Assembly (NCBI RefSeq): GCF_963921235.1
Contig: NC_086108.1
Span: 65,784,001-65,848,000, forward strand
DNA length: 64,000 nt
Reading direction: 5' to 3'
Source of the DNA: Mobula hypostoma
Taxonomy: Eukaryota
Shown here: positions 52,001 through 64,000 of the stretch, piece by piece
Position numbering within the stretch: position 1 is the stretch's first letter
Layout of the letters: each line of letters begins with the position of its first letter
Made by a program: the position numbers and the translations under genes
Notes under the pieces: generated by a model
Told to the model about the DNA's origin: nothing
Database searches by the model: none
Seen by the model: only the letters and a program-made list of their open reading frames with translations

Positions 52001-52559
52001 ACTTTCTCGTCTACATATTCTGTTCATCTTTTGTTTCCATTATCAGAGCAACCAGTTAAAGAGAAGGTGTTTCTGGCTCCCCCAATCTTGCCTTTTTCCT
52101 TGCATTCTGCCTTTTATATATACATGACTTTGTGTATATGTGAATTTTTCTAATACCCTGCAATTTTGTCTTTTCACCTGTGTCAGTGTCATGGTGCACA
52201 TGTGGGCACACACACCTGTGCATGAGCATGTCCGTCACTGTGCGTGTGTTTCCACCACTGTACACGCACTTACTGCATCTGGAAGAGCTCACACTTTCTG
52301 TGAAGCACTTATGCAAGTCCTTCTGGCAGAAGTCTGAGTCAGAAACATAAGCCAAGCCCCTGGACAAGTTCAATGACATCACAGTAAGCAGCTATAATAG
52401 GACTCGACACAGGTATCACTAAATGCCACCTATTCTTTGTTCTCTTCATTAAGAAAATCATTAAATAAAGCTGAAACACCTAACAATCAACTATTGTCAA
52501 TGGTTACAGCCTGGCACAAAGAGCCTCAACTGGTCTTTCCTACACAAGTGCAGCATAAG

Positions 52560-53000
52560 TACATTTCCTTTGGCCCATCAAGACACACCATCCATGAAGC
52601 ACCCATTCTCCCATCTTACCCATACCCATTTTGCTTCTCCCACATTCCCATCAACTTTTCCCTGGATTCTCTCACTTATCTTTACTAGGGCACTTTAGAG
52701 AGGCTGGTTAACCTTCATGTCTTTTAAGATGTTGGAGGAAACCAGAGGAACTGGAGGAAATCCGAATGGCGTCAGGAAGAACCTGTAAACTCCACACAGG
52801 TGTCTGCTATTCCTCACAATTGGCCTTCGGCACTCTTCATTGAATTTGCAACTCATGGTCATTTTCACGTCTTGTATTGCTCTGCTGCCACAAAACCACA
52901 GATTTTACAACCTACATCAATGATGATAAACCTGATTCTGATTCTGCAGAGGTCACATTTGAACCTGGCTCACTGGAACTCTGTGACAGGCAGTAACTCT
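52560..53000 (-). mobile_element. HE1-like SINE remnant with a nested LINE tail (~52800-52945, + strand)
   Basis: GGAGGAAACCAGAG...GGAAATCC...AAACTCCACACAG V-SINE-like core. The nested piece ends in (TGATTC)n. Confidence 0.5.
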
Positions 53001-54677
53001 GTGACAACAGAGCTTTAGGAATAATCGTTTACAAAGTACCTCCATATTTCAAAGCTACCATTCACTCATTCTGCATTTTTCTTCTCCGTCACCCTCTCAG
53101 TTTTTTCATTACATCTGTATTGTCAGATTTATTCTCCAATAATTTTTGGATGAAACAGAATTTTCACAGCTAAATACTGGGGGAGTGAAGAGAGGACTGA
53201 AGGGAAATTCCTTTGCTACATTTGTGGCATGATTACCATCACAGACCTGAGTCCTCCTAATGGCCCAAACTAACACTGACTCGCGCTCTGTTGTAAATTT
53301 AATCTCAAACTAATGCTTCTAACACAAAAAAACTACAAATGCTCAAGTATGAACTAAATGAAGTTTAGTAAATACATCAGAAAACACTAAAAACATTTAG
53401 CATGTTTGAAGGGGTATGGGCCAAATGCAGGCAAATATGGGACAAGCTTAGATGGGCATATTGGTCAGCCTGGACAATTTGGGCTGAAGGGCCTGTTTCT
53501 GGGCTGTGTTACTCTATGGTCCAAAGTCAGGCAGCACCTGTGGAAGGTGAAACAGAACTACCATTTTAGGCTGAAATACCAGCTGTGTGCTATATGAGAG
53601 GATCTGATAAAGGATCCTCAACTTCATAATTTTAATTTTTCTTAGGTCAAAAATCATCTATTTCTGCCTCTATACTTGATCCGCAATGATAGCAGAAGAG
53701 CTTCTAGAACAATATTTTATACTTAATCAAGGTAGAAATCCTAAGAAATTTAGTTGTCTCAGACGTTCTAGGAAATTGATAAAAAAAAAGCAATCAGGAA
53801 GTCAAAATGGATACAAGTTAAAAAAAATAAAAATTCAAAGACAAAAAAAAAGAGGAGTTTTTAAAAGTTGAGCTGTAATGATATTAAAAATGATCAGAAA
53901 CAATGGAAGTGTTGCTAAAATAACTAAGAGCTGGAATGCCAAAACACAAACTAACCAGAAAACTTGATCAGCAGAGCAATGTTTTAAAGAATGGTGGAAT
54001 TAAGAGTTGAAAGGAACTGGTTGTTACAAAGCAAAGTATAAATATTGGGAATAACAATTCATGAAAGCATATAAAACAAGCAAATCGCTCAAAATTAATG
54101 TAGCCATTTCTCAGAAAGCTGTCTAACTGCTCATTTGCATTGTGGTGGGGATGGTAGGTGGAGGCAAATACCAAAGTATTCGGCTCATTGCAGTGCAAGG
54201 ACCAGGAAATGTAATGTCCTGAGCCTCATCTGCATAATCTTTATCTATTCTCCAGCAAAAACTACAGCAAACATAACTGAATGACAGCCTGTTGGAGAAC
54301 ATGAGAAACTGTTCCTAGAATGCTTGTAAATGCCTTGGTGGGAAGTTTGTGTGTAGCAGTGGGAGAGGGAGGGGAATCCAAGATGGAGAAACCTGAGACT
54401 TTTTGACTTGAAAGAAAAAAATACTCAAAGATAGAATGAAGATCATTACAAAAAAATGTCATTGAAGATCATTCTATTCCATTGTATTGTATCTGAAATG
54501 GAAAGAACCAAATTACTGTAATTTTCTGACAATTAATTTGAACTTCGACCAAGGTACAATTTGAGCCTTTCATTTTATTATAAAACTCAAATATTTGCTT
54601 TCAAGACCCCAATTGTCTGCAAGAGATGTTTTTTAATTGAAAAACTCCATCTCAATTGAGTTCACATTCAAAACTTG

Positions 54678-54788
54678 AGCAACACACATAAAAGTTGCTG
54701 GTGAACGCAGCAGGCCAGGCAGCATCTCTACGAAGAGGTGCAGTCGACGTTTCAGGCCGAGACCCTTCGTCAGGACTAACTGAAGGAA
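54678..54788 (-). mobile_element. Short Penelope-type insert with a hammerhead motif
   Basis: Reverse complement of 3107-3199 with few differences. Confidence 0.8.
54742..54777 (-). ncRNA. Minimal type-I hammerhead ribozyme motif
   Basis: Minus strand reads AGTCCTGACGAAGGGTCTCGGCCTGAAACGTCGACT, identical to the other two copies. Confidence 0.8.
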
Positions 54789-55044
54789 GGCATAGTAAAT
54801 GAGAATCTATTTGTATAATAATTAGATAAATTGATGTGAAAGTGACAGTCATGGTTATAAACTTCATCAACACCAAAGGAGAGTTGATTGTGCATTGTAG
54901 TCTATTCTTTCCCATATTTGATGTTTCATAAAACAATAATAACGAAAGGTGTAAACTCAGCAGCAAATAAGAGCCAGGTTGCCCCCTGCTGGCTAGAAAA
55001 TGAATTATGTAAACTTGTATAATTCAGTTTGTATTGTCATTGAA

Positions 55045-55322
55045 AATCAGAATTAGATTTATTACTTCTGACATATATCGTGAAATTTGTTGTTTGGAGT
55101 AATGCAATGCAATAAATAAATTATAAGTTACAATAAGAAAAATATATAATATAAATAGTGCAAATAGAGAGCAAAATAGTCAGGTGGTCATGGGGTGTTT
55201 AGAAACCCGATGGTGGAGGGGATGTAGCAGTTCCTAAAATGTTGAATGTGCATCGTCAGGCTCCTGTACCTCCTCCCCCATAGTAATAATGAGAAGGCGG
55301 CGTGTCCTGGGTGGTGAGGATA
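55045..55322 (-). mobile_element. Rex/Babar LINE 3' tail
   Basis: Homologous to 8979-9300 (ATCAGAAT...GTGAAATTTGTTG...AGGCTCCTGTACCTCCTCC). Confidence 0.75.
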
Positions 55323-55619
55323 GTGATGGACATTCCAGTTTCATACAGATGGAAACAACTCACATCATGCCAATCTTGTTCGGAACCATTTGTGCTGCCT
55401 CCTAAATGTTTAAAGTCATCAGGTTAAAAAAAAACCTACTGTGGATTTATAGGAATTTACCAAACAGGATCTTCTATGCTGCAGAGTAACCACACACCTA
55501 ACTTGCTGATTGAGGAATTCCAGAGACAAAATTCATTCTTTTAAAACCAAATCAAGAAAGTGCTTTTCCTCCCTCAGATTTTTGGGCATAAACAGAGAAA
55601 AAAAAACTCAGCAGATGTG

Positions 55620-57030
55620 TCTCAAAATCTGTTAATAGTTTTTGAAGGGTAACCAAGGGGATTGATGAGGGTAGAGTGGTGGACATTGTCTATAAGAGCA
55701 TTAGCAAAGCCTTTGACAAAGGCCCCACATGGAAGACTAGTCTGGAAAGTTGGATCACATTGGATCCAAGCAGAGCCAATCAAATGTGTACATAATTGGT
55801 TTGATGGTGGAAGATTTGTTTTTTTCTCCCCCTGATTAGAGGCCTGTGACTCATGGTGTGCCACAGTGCTGGGTCCATTGTTTATTATTTACCTAAGTGA
55901 TTTGTATGAAAATGTACAAGGCATGTTCATTAAATTTGCATTTGACACAATGTGCTTTTTTTTGCTGGTGGGGGGAGGGGGGATCGTTGCTCGCTGCCGC
56001 TTACGTGCAGGAGGGGGCAGCTGGGCGGTACTTTGGGGTTCTTACGTTTAACTGTCGTTCATTCTTTGGGGCACTTCTCTGTTTTCGTGGATGTTTGTGA
56101 AGAAAAAGCATTTCAGGATGTATATTGTATACATTTCTCTGACATTAAAATTGGACCTTTGAAATAGGTGGTATTGTTTTAGTGAAGAAAGTTATCAGAA
56201 ATAGTAGGGCAATCTTGATCAGCTAGGTAAGAAGCAAATCAAACAGAGTCAAGTTTAATTCAGATAAGTGTGTGAAGTTGCACTTTGGGAGGTCGAAGCA
56301 GGGTAAGACCTTCATGGTGACTAATAGGGCCCTGGAGAGCGTTGTAGAATAGGGCAACTTAGGAGTCCAAGTACATAGGGTAGGAGTACAAGTACTCCTG
56401 TGAACATGGTGTCAGAGGGTGGTGAAGGTAGCAATTAGCATGCTGGCCTTCATTAGTCAGGGCACTGAGTACAGGAGTTGGATTGTTATGTTGCAGCTGT
56501 ATAAGACATTGGCCAGGCGGCACCTGGTGTATTGTGTTCAGTTTGTGCTGCTGTGTTACAGGAGTGACATATTAAGTTGGAAAGAGGGTAAAGAAGATTC
56601 ATGAGAACATTGCCAGGACTCAGGGGGCTGAGTTACAGAGAGTGATTGGGCAGTCTTTGTTCCATAAGAGTGTGGGAGGCTGAGGGTGATGTTGTAGTGG
56701 TTCATAAAATCATGCCGGGCATGGATAGTGTGACTGCACACTGCCTTTTCCCTCAGGATATTGTTTCAGAAACTCAAAAATATAGGTCTCTTAATTTTTC
56801 CCCACCCACCTTAAACCCGAGGGATGATGCAGCTGTGGAGTGGAAGGGATTGAGCAAGTACAATAACATTATGTAAAAGACTTTTGGACAGGCTCGCGGA
56901 TGGAATGAGTAAAAGGGTGTGGGCCAAATACAGGCAGATGTCACCAGCTTAGATGGGCATCCTTGTCAACATGGATGAGTTGCGCTGGGGGCCCAGTTCT
57001 GTGATTAGTTACTCCTTGATTCTATGACTA
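55620..57030 (+). mobile_element. Old CR1 LINE with a nested LINE 3' piece (~55950-56163)
   Basis: SKAFDKGPH-like DNA, VLGPLFIIYLSDL and MLQLYKTLARRHLVYCVQF. Confidence 0.8.
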
Positions 57031-57719
57031 AATTTGATCAGAAATTATTTCAATTATATTTTGCAAAGGAATGATTTCTTTGACCTGTTTTTTGAGCAGA
57101 AATAGCCTTTGCCCAATCTATACCTACACAAGATCTTGTTCAGATTTAAGCTTGAGTTAAAGGGTTGCTAATATTCAGAAGCCAAGTGGTTGATATTTCA
57201 TACTTATCTGGGAGAAAATTATGTCAGAACTTGGTATAAATTAAATTTGACTATATATGTATTCATCTTAGTTAATTATTTCAGAACTCAAGTAACTGCT
57301 CTCTGTGGACCTTCACGGTACCAAAAATAAAATTTTACATTTATATTATGATGTCAATGGCCCTTCTCATGAATATCAGAAAGGTCTTTGTTATATCAGA
57401 CAATATTAACATTTGAGGGTAAGAGGCAATAATACCAACCTGATTCTCTCTTTGCCAGCAACCTTATTTGTACTAGGAAGTCATCAAGTTCTTGGTGAAG
57501 GGAAGTTCAAATGAATATTTTAAAGTCGCTATCTGAACCTTTCATCAGTAAGACCAACTGCAGCATCCTGCTGCCTACTGAGTTATGCACTTTTGTCAGG
57601 ATTTTACCTCATTTTATGTTATTGATCCAAGAGTGTCTGAAATAGTGCTGTAAAGTTTCAGTGCTGTTACCATTAAAACAATGTGGACTTTCCAAGAAAG
57701 TACGGTGGGTGACCCAAAT

Positions 57720-58812
57720 ACAGAAAGAGGTTGGTGAAGAGATAACAGATTAATTGGTCATGATCTTTCAAGAATCACTTGATACTGGCGTGGTCCCGGA
57801 GGACTGGAAAATTGCAAATGTCACTCCACTCTTTAAGAAGAGAGGACAAGAGAGGAAATCATAGGCCAGTTAACCTAACCTCAGTGGTTGGGAAATTGTG
57901 GGAGTCCATTATTACGAATGAGGTATTGGGGTACTTGGAGACTAAAGATGAAATAAGTCAATGTTAGCAAGGGAAATCACAGATTAGGAATCTTTGAGGA
58001 AGTAACAAGCAGGGGGACAAAGGAGAGGGAGTAAATGTCATTTACTTGGATTTTCAGAAGGCATTTGATAAGGTGCCTCACATGAGGCTGCTTAATAAGA
58101 TAAAATCCCATAGTGTTACAGGAAATATACTGGCATGGATAGAGGAATGGCTGACTGGCAGGAGGCAGCAAGTAGAAATAAAGGAAGCTACTCACTGGTT
58201 GGCTATCAGTGACTAGTGGTGTTCTTCAGGGGTCAGTATTGGGACCGCTACTTTTCACATTGTTTGTCGATGATTTAGATAGTTGTATTGATGGCTTTGT
58301 GGCAAAGTTTTCAGATGATATGAAGCTAGGTGGAAGGGTAGGTAGTGCTGAGGAAGCAATGCAATTGCAGAAGGACTTAGACAAATTGGAAGAATGGGCA
58401 AAAAGGTGGCAGATAGAATGCAGTGTTGGGAAATGTATGATAATACATTTTGGTAAAAGACACAATAGTGCAGACTGTTATCTAAATGGGGAGAAAGTTC
58501 AAACATCAGAGGTGCAGAGGGACTTAGGAGTCCTTGTGCAAGACTTCCAGAAGGTTAATTCGCAGGTTGAGTCTGTGGTAAAGAAGGCAAAAGCAATGTT
58601 GGCATTTATTTCAAGGCAAATAGAATATAAAAACAAGGAGATAATGCTGAAGCTTTATAAGACAATAGTCAGGCTGCACTTGGAGTATTGTCAACAGTGT
58701 TGGGCCCCTTATCTTAGAAAGGATGTGCTGTCATTGGCGAGAGTCTAGAGGAGGTTCATGAGGATGATTCCAGGAATGAAAGGGTTAACATATGAAGAGC
58801 ATTTGGCAGCTT
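57720..58812 (+). mobile_element. Older CR1 RT fragment
   Basis: VTSGVLQGSVLGPLLF...KFSDDMKLGG...LHLEYCQQCWAPYLRKD. Confidence 0.9.
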
Positions 58813-58819
58813 TTTCATC

Positions 58820-59644
58820 ATGGTTAATTCACTAACCCTCTCAACCCCTCTCTCCTGCCTTCTCCCAGTAGCTTTTGATGCTAATCTGTCTAAATGTTTC
58901 TGCAGACTCTCTGCTTCCTCAACACTACCTAGGCCACAAACCCATCAATTCCATCATCCAAATTATTAACATGCAATATGAAAAGAAATGGCCCCAATAC
59001 TGACCCCTACAGAACACCAACGGCCATAGACAGCCAACTAGAAAAGGCCCTTTTTATTACCCAACTTTGCCTCCTGTCAATCAGTCAATTTCCTATCCAT
59101 GCTAGTATCTTTCCTTGAATACCTTGAACCAGCTCTTATCTTGTTAAGTAGTGTCATGTGTGGGACCTTGTCAAATGCCTTCTGAAAATCCAGTAAACAA
59201 TACACTGACTCTCCTTTGTCTTTCCTGCCTGTTATTTCCTCAAAGAATTTCATCTGATCTGTCAGGCAGGGTTTCTCCTAATGGAAACAATGCAGACTTT
59301 GTCCTATTTTATCTTGTGCCTTAATAATAGGCTCTAACATTTTCCAACCACTGAAATCAGACTAACTGGCTTATAATTTTTTCTGCCTCCCACCATTCTT
59401 AAAGAACTGAGTGATATTTGCAACTTTCCAGTTTTCCAGAACCATTCCAGAATCTGGTGATCCTTGAAAGATCATGACTAATACCTCCACAATTTCTTCA
59501 GCTACGTTTTTCAGAACCCTGGGGTAGTCTATCCAGTCCAGGTAACTTATCTACCTTCAGAACTTTCAGCTTCCCATGCACCTTCTCCTTAGTGATAGCA
59601 ATTACACTCACTTATGCCACCTGACACTCTTGAATTCCCAGCAT
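58820..59644 (-). mobile_element. Older CR1 RT fragment (continues at 62560-62810)
   Basis: Minus-strand GSVLGP, FQKAFDKVPH and PENWKVANIT DNA. Resumes after the young CR1 with the VFTVEE...IGLLEND linker. Confidence 0.82.
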
Positions 59645-62560
59645 ACATAGAAACATAGAAACATAGAAAATAGGTGCAGGAGTAGGCCATTCGGCCCTTC
59701 GAGCCTGCACCGCCATTTATTATGATCATGGCTGATCATCCAACTCAGAACCCAGCCTTCCCTCCATACCCCCTGACCCCTGTAGCCACAAGGGCCGTAT
59801 CTAACTTCCTTTTAAACATAGCTAATGAATTGGCCTCAACAGTTTGCTGTGGCAGAGAATTCCACAGATTCACCACTCTCTGTGTGAAGAAGTTTTTCCT
59901 AACCTCGGTCCTAAAAGGCTTCCCCTCTATCCTCAAACTGTGACCCCTCGTTCTAGACCTCCCCAACATCGGGAACAATCTTCCCGCATCTAGCCTGTCC
60001 AATCCCTTTAGGATCTTATACGTTTCAATCAGATCCCCCCTCAATCTTCTAAATTCCAACGAGTACAAGCCCAGTTCATCCAGTCTTTCTTCATATGAAA
60101 GACCTGCCATCCCAGGAATCAATCTGGTGAACCTTCTTTGTACTCCCTCTATGGCAAAGATGTCTTTCCTCAGATTAGGGGACCAAAACTGCACACAATA
60201 CTCCAGGTGTGGTCTCACCAAGGCCTTGTACAACTGCAGTAGTACCTCCCTGCTCCTGTACTCGAATCCTCTCGCTATAAATGCCAGCATACCGTTCGCC
60301 TTTTTCACCGCCTGCTGTACCTGCATGCCCACTTTCAATGACTGGTGTATAATGACACCCAGGTCTCGTTGCACCTCCCCTTTTCCTAATCGGCCACCAT
60401 TCAGATAATAATCTGTTTTCCTATTTTTGCCACCAAAGTGGATAACTTCACATTTATCCACATTAAATTGCATCTGCCATGAGTTTGCCCACTCACCCAA
60501 CCTATCCAAGTCACCCTGCATCCTCTTAGCATCCTCCTCACTGCTAACACTGCCGCCCAGCTTCGTGTCATCCGCAAACTTGGAGATGCTGCATTTAATT
60601 CCCTCATCCAAGTCATTAATATATATTGTAAACAACTGGGGTCCCAGCACTGAGCCTTGCAGTACCCCACTAGTCACTGCCTGCCATTCTGAAAAGGTCC
60701 CGTTTATTCCCACTCTTTGCTTCCTGTCTGCTAACCAATTCTCCACCCACACCAATACCTTACCCCCAATACCGTGTGCTTTAAGTTTGCACACTAATCT
60801 CCTGTGTGGGACCTTGTCAAAAGCCTTTTGAAAATCCAAATATACCACATCCACTGGTTCTCCCCTATCCACTCTACTAGTTACATCCTCAAAAAATTCT
60901 ATGAGATTCGTCAGACATGATTTTCCTTTCACAAATCCATGCTGACTTTGTCTGATCATTTCACCGCTTTCCAAATGTGCTGTTATCACATCCTTGATAA
61001 CTGACTCCAGCAGTTTCCCCACCACCGACGTTAGGCTAACCGGCCTATAATTCCCCGGTTTCTCTCTCCCTCCTTTTTTAAAAAGTGGGGTTACATTAGC
61101 CACCCTCCAATCCTCAGGAACTAGTCCAGAATCTAACGAGTTTTGAAAAATTATCACTAATGCATCCACTATTTCTTGGGCCACTTCCTTAAGCACTCTG
61201 GGATGCAGACCATCTGGCCCTGGGGATTTATCTGCCTTCAATCCCTTCAATTTACCTAACACCACTTCCCTACTAACATGTATTTCGCTCAGTTCCTCCA
61301 TCTCACTGGACCCTCTGTCCCTTACTATTTCTGGAAGATTATTTATGTCCTCCTTAGTGAAGACAGAACCAAAGTAATTATTCAATTGGTCTGCCATGTC
61401 CTTGCTCCCCATAATCAATTCACCTGTTTCTGTTTGCAGGGGACTTACATTTGTCTTCATCAGTCTTTTCCTTTTTACATATCTATAAAAGCTTTTACAG
61501 TCCGTTTTTATGTTCTCTGCCAGTTTTCTCTCAATCTTTTTTCCCCTTCCTAATTAAGCCCTTTGTCCTCCTCTGCTGAACTCTGAATTTCTCCCAGTCC
61601 TCAGGTGAGCCACTTTCTCTGGCTAATTTGTATGCTACTTCTTTGGAATTGATACTATCCCTAATTTCTCTTGTCAGCCACGGGTGCACTACCTTCCTTG
61701 ATTTATTCTTTTGCCAAACTGGGATGAACAATTGTTGTAGTTCATCCATGCAACCTTTAAATGCCTGCCATTGCATATCCACCGTCAATCCTTGAAGTGT
61801 CATTTGCCAGTCTATCTTAGCTAATTCACGTCTCATACCTTCAAAGTTACCCCTCTTTAAGTTCAGAACCTTTGTTTCTGAATTAACTACGTCACTCTCC
61901 ATGTTAATGAAGAATTCCACCATATTATGGTCACTCTTACCCAAGGGGCCTCTCACGACAAGATCGCTAATTAACCCTTCCTCATTGCTCAAAACCCAGT
62001 CCAGAATAGCCTGCTCTCTAGTCGGTTCCTCGACATGTTGGTTCAAAAAACCATCCCGCATACATTCCAAGAAATCCTCTTCCTCAGCACCTTTACCAAT
62101 TTGGTTCACCCAGTCTACATGTAGATTGAAGTCACCCATTATAACTGCTGTTCCTTTATTGCACACATTTCTAATTTCCTGTTTAATACCATCTCCGACC
62201 TCACTGCTACTGTTAGGTGGCCTGTACACAACTCCCACCAGCGTCTTCTGCCCCTTAGTGTTACGCAGCTCTACCCATATCGATTCCACATCTTCCCGGC
62301 TTATGTCCTTCCTTTCTATTGCGTTAATCTCTTTTTTAACCAGCAACGCCACCCCACCTCCCCTTCCTTCATGTCTATCCCTCCTGAATATTGAATATCC
62401 CTGAACGTTGAGCTCCCATCCCTGGTCACCCTGGAGCCATGTCTCTGTGATCCCAACTATATCATAATCATTAATAACAATCTGCACTTTCAATTCATCC
62501 ACCTTATTACGAATGCTCCTTGCATTGACACATAAAGCCTTCAGGCGCTCTTTTACAACT
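59645..62560 (-). mobile_element. Young CR1/HER1-type LINE with essentially the whole ORF2 and one 2-bp frameshift
   Basis: APE ORF 61531-62592 (LKALCVNARSIRNK, GITETW, YRPP, GDFN, SDH) plus RT ORF 59745-61460. A 2-bp deletion at ~61532 versus the 13481-13500 copy. (GAAACATA)n tail. Confidence 0.98.
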
Positions 62561-64000
62561 CTCTTAGTTTCTTCCACAGTGAAGACTGACACAAAATCGC
62601 TTTGTCTCTCATTACTACCTCTTCAACATCATTTTCCAGCAGTCCAATATCCACTCTCCTCTTCTTTACTCTATGTATCTGAAAAAGATTTTGGTATCCT
62701 CTCTTTATATTATTGTCTAGCTCAACTTCATATTTCATCTCATCTCTCCTTACAGCTTCTTTTTAAAGTTGGTTTCTGTTGGCTTTTAAAACCTTCCAAA
62801 TCCTCTAACCCAAAATTACAATGGCAAAGTAAGTTGGGGGTCTGTTGCACAGACTTAATGCACTTAGAACGAAACTCACAGATGGGTATTTGCACCCAAG
62901 CTCCTTACACACACACTGAACACAGAATCCTAACCAATTGTTTCTCATCTTTTCTGTTATATGCAGATCAGAACTGTCCAAAGTACTACACAAGACCAAA
63001 TGACAGTAGATTAACATCCACAATGGAAATCTACACTTTGCAATTCTCCCTTAGAAATGAAACAAAACTTGTTTTAAAAAGATTTCCTCGTAACCTACTT
63101 CATCAGTTCTAACGCACCAAGTATAAAGCTTTGGAAAACTGTGATCCTGATCTCTCACCTCATTTACTGTAGTATTAAACAACATGTGGCCTCTTCATTT
63201 CTTCTAATAAACTACAGGATATACATTTATTTCTCTTATTAAAATAATTTCTCTAGGCCTAGTGAAGGAAGAGCAGAGGTTTGAGGGAATGGACATACAT
63301 GGACCCAGTGTGGAGAGGAATGCCTCTGGCAAAGCAGAGCGATGCAGGTCTGAAGTGGAGAGCGGGAATCTGGGACAGTAAGAACAACAACACAAGGAAT
63401 TTGCAGTGAAAGGTTTCAGGTAAAGCAGGTAAATGGCCGGTGTGAATATAGGCTAGTTTTAAATTAACATTTTGGTTAGCATATACTTTTTTTTCCCCAA
63501 GAACTAGAAAAAAAAGAGTCCATTTAGCTCAACTCCTCCGTTGCGATGAGTGGGAACCTTTCCGTACTAATCCCATCTCCCAGCACTCGGTCCATAGTCC
63601 TCTGTGCCAAAGCAATCAAAGTGTTCAATTCGACCATTAAATGCCTTGATGACCCAACTCCAATCACTTTCTCAGGAGAGTACTCCAGGTAACCTCTCAC
63701 TTTCTGGGTGCAGCAGGTTCCCCCTCATATCCCCTTAAAATGTCTTCCCCATTTCCTAAACCTATCTAATACCCCGGTTCATATTTTTACTGTTGTGCTG
63801 TATGTATTTAATTTTGGCAGTTCTGTAAGAGCAGTCTGTTCTGTTTTCATGCTTGTTTGGGTTACTCAAGATAAGAGATGTGGAGAATTGTGTGCCATCC
63901 AATTAGGATGGTCGATTAAGGGGAAGTTTCTCTGGTGAGGGACACTAAGGTTGGGCTTGGGGCTTTTGTTCGAAAGGAGATGAAGAGAGAAGATGCTGGG

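Noticed and set aside
62513..63112. 199-aa ORF
   Set aside because: It spans antisense CR1 pieces and unrelated flanking sequence, so it is chimeric.
1..64000. CRISPR array, prokaryotic operon or endogenous retrovirus env gene
   Set aside because: No regularly spaced repeat-spacer units, no operon-like ORFs, and no env-like ORF between integrase and 3' LTR in any provirus.

Overview
Eukaryotic, repeat-dense non-coding DNA. The repeat repertoire points to a cartilaginous fish, probably a ray (inference). No host protein-coding gene, rRNA, tRNA or CRISPR array is recognisable, and every long ORF is transposon-derived. The window holds: (i) four copies of a young CR1/HER1-type LINE and many older CR1 pieces; (ii) two copies of a short-LTR Gypsy family, one complete with a CCAT target-site duplication (TSD); (iii) a full Gypsy provirus with PNMA-like Gag and a perfect tRNA-Pro primer-binding site (PBS), plus a solo LTR; (iv) a BEL/Pao provirus whose 5' LTR is partly inverted; (v) Rex/Babar and RTE-like LINE remnants, Tc1 and mariner derivatives, and SINEs. 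The most notable signal is a family of 100-180 bp Penelope-type inserts. Three of them carry an identical 36-nt minimal type-I hammerhead ribozyme core and two have 11-14 bp TSDs. All family assignments come from reading motifs by eye, with no database search.
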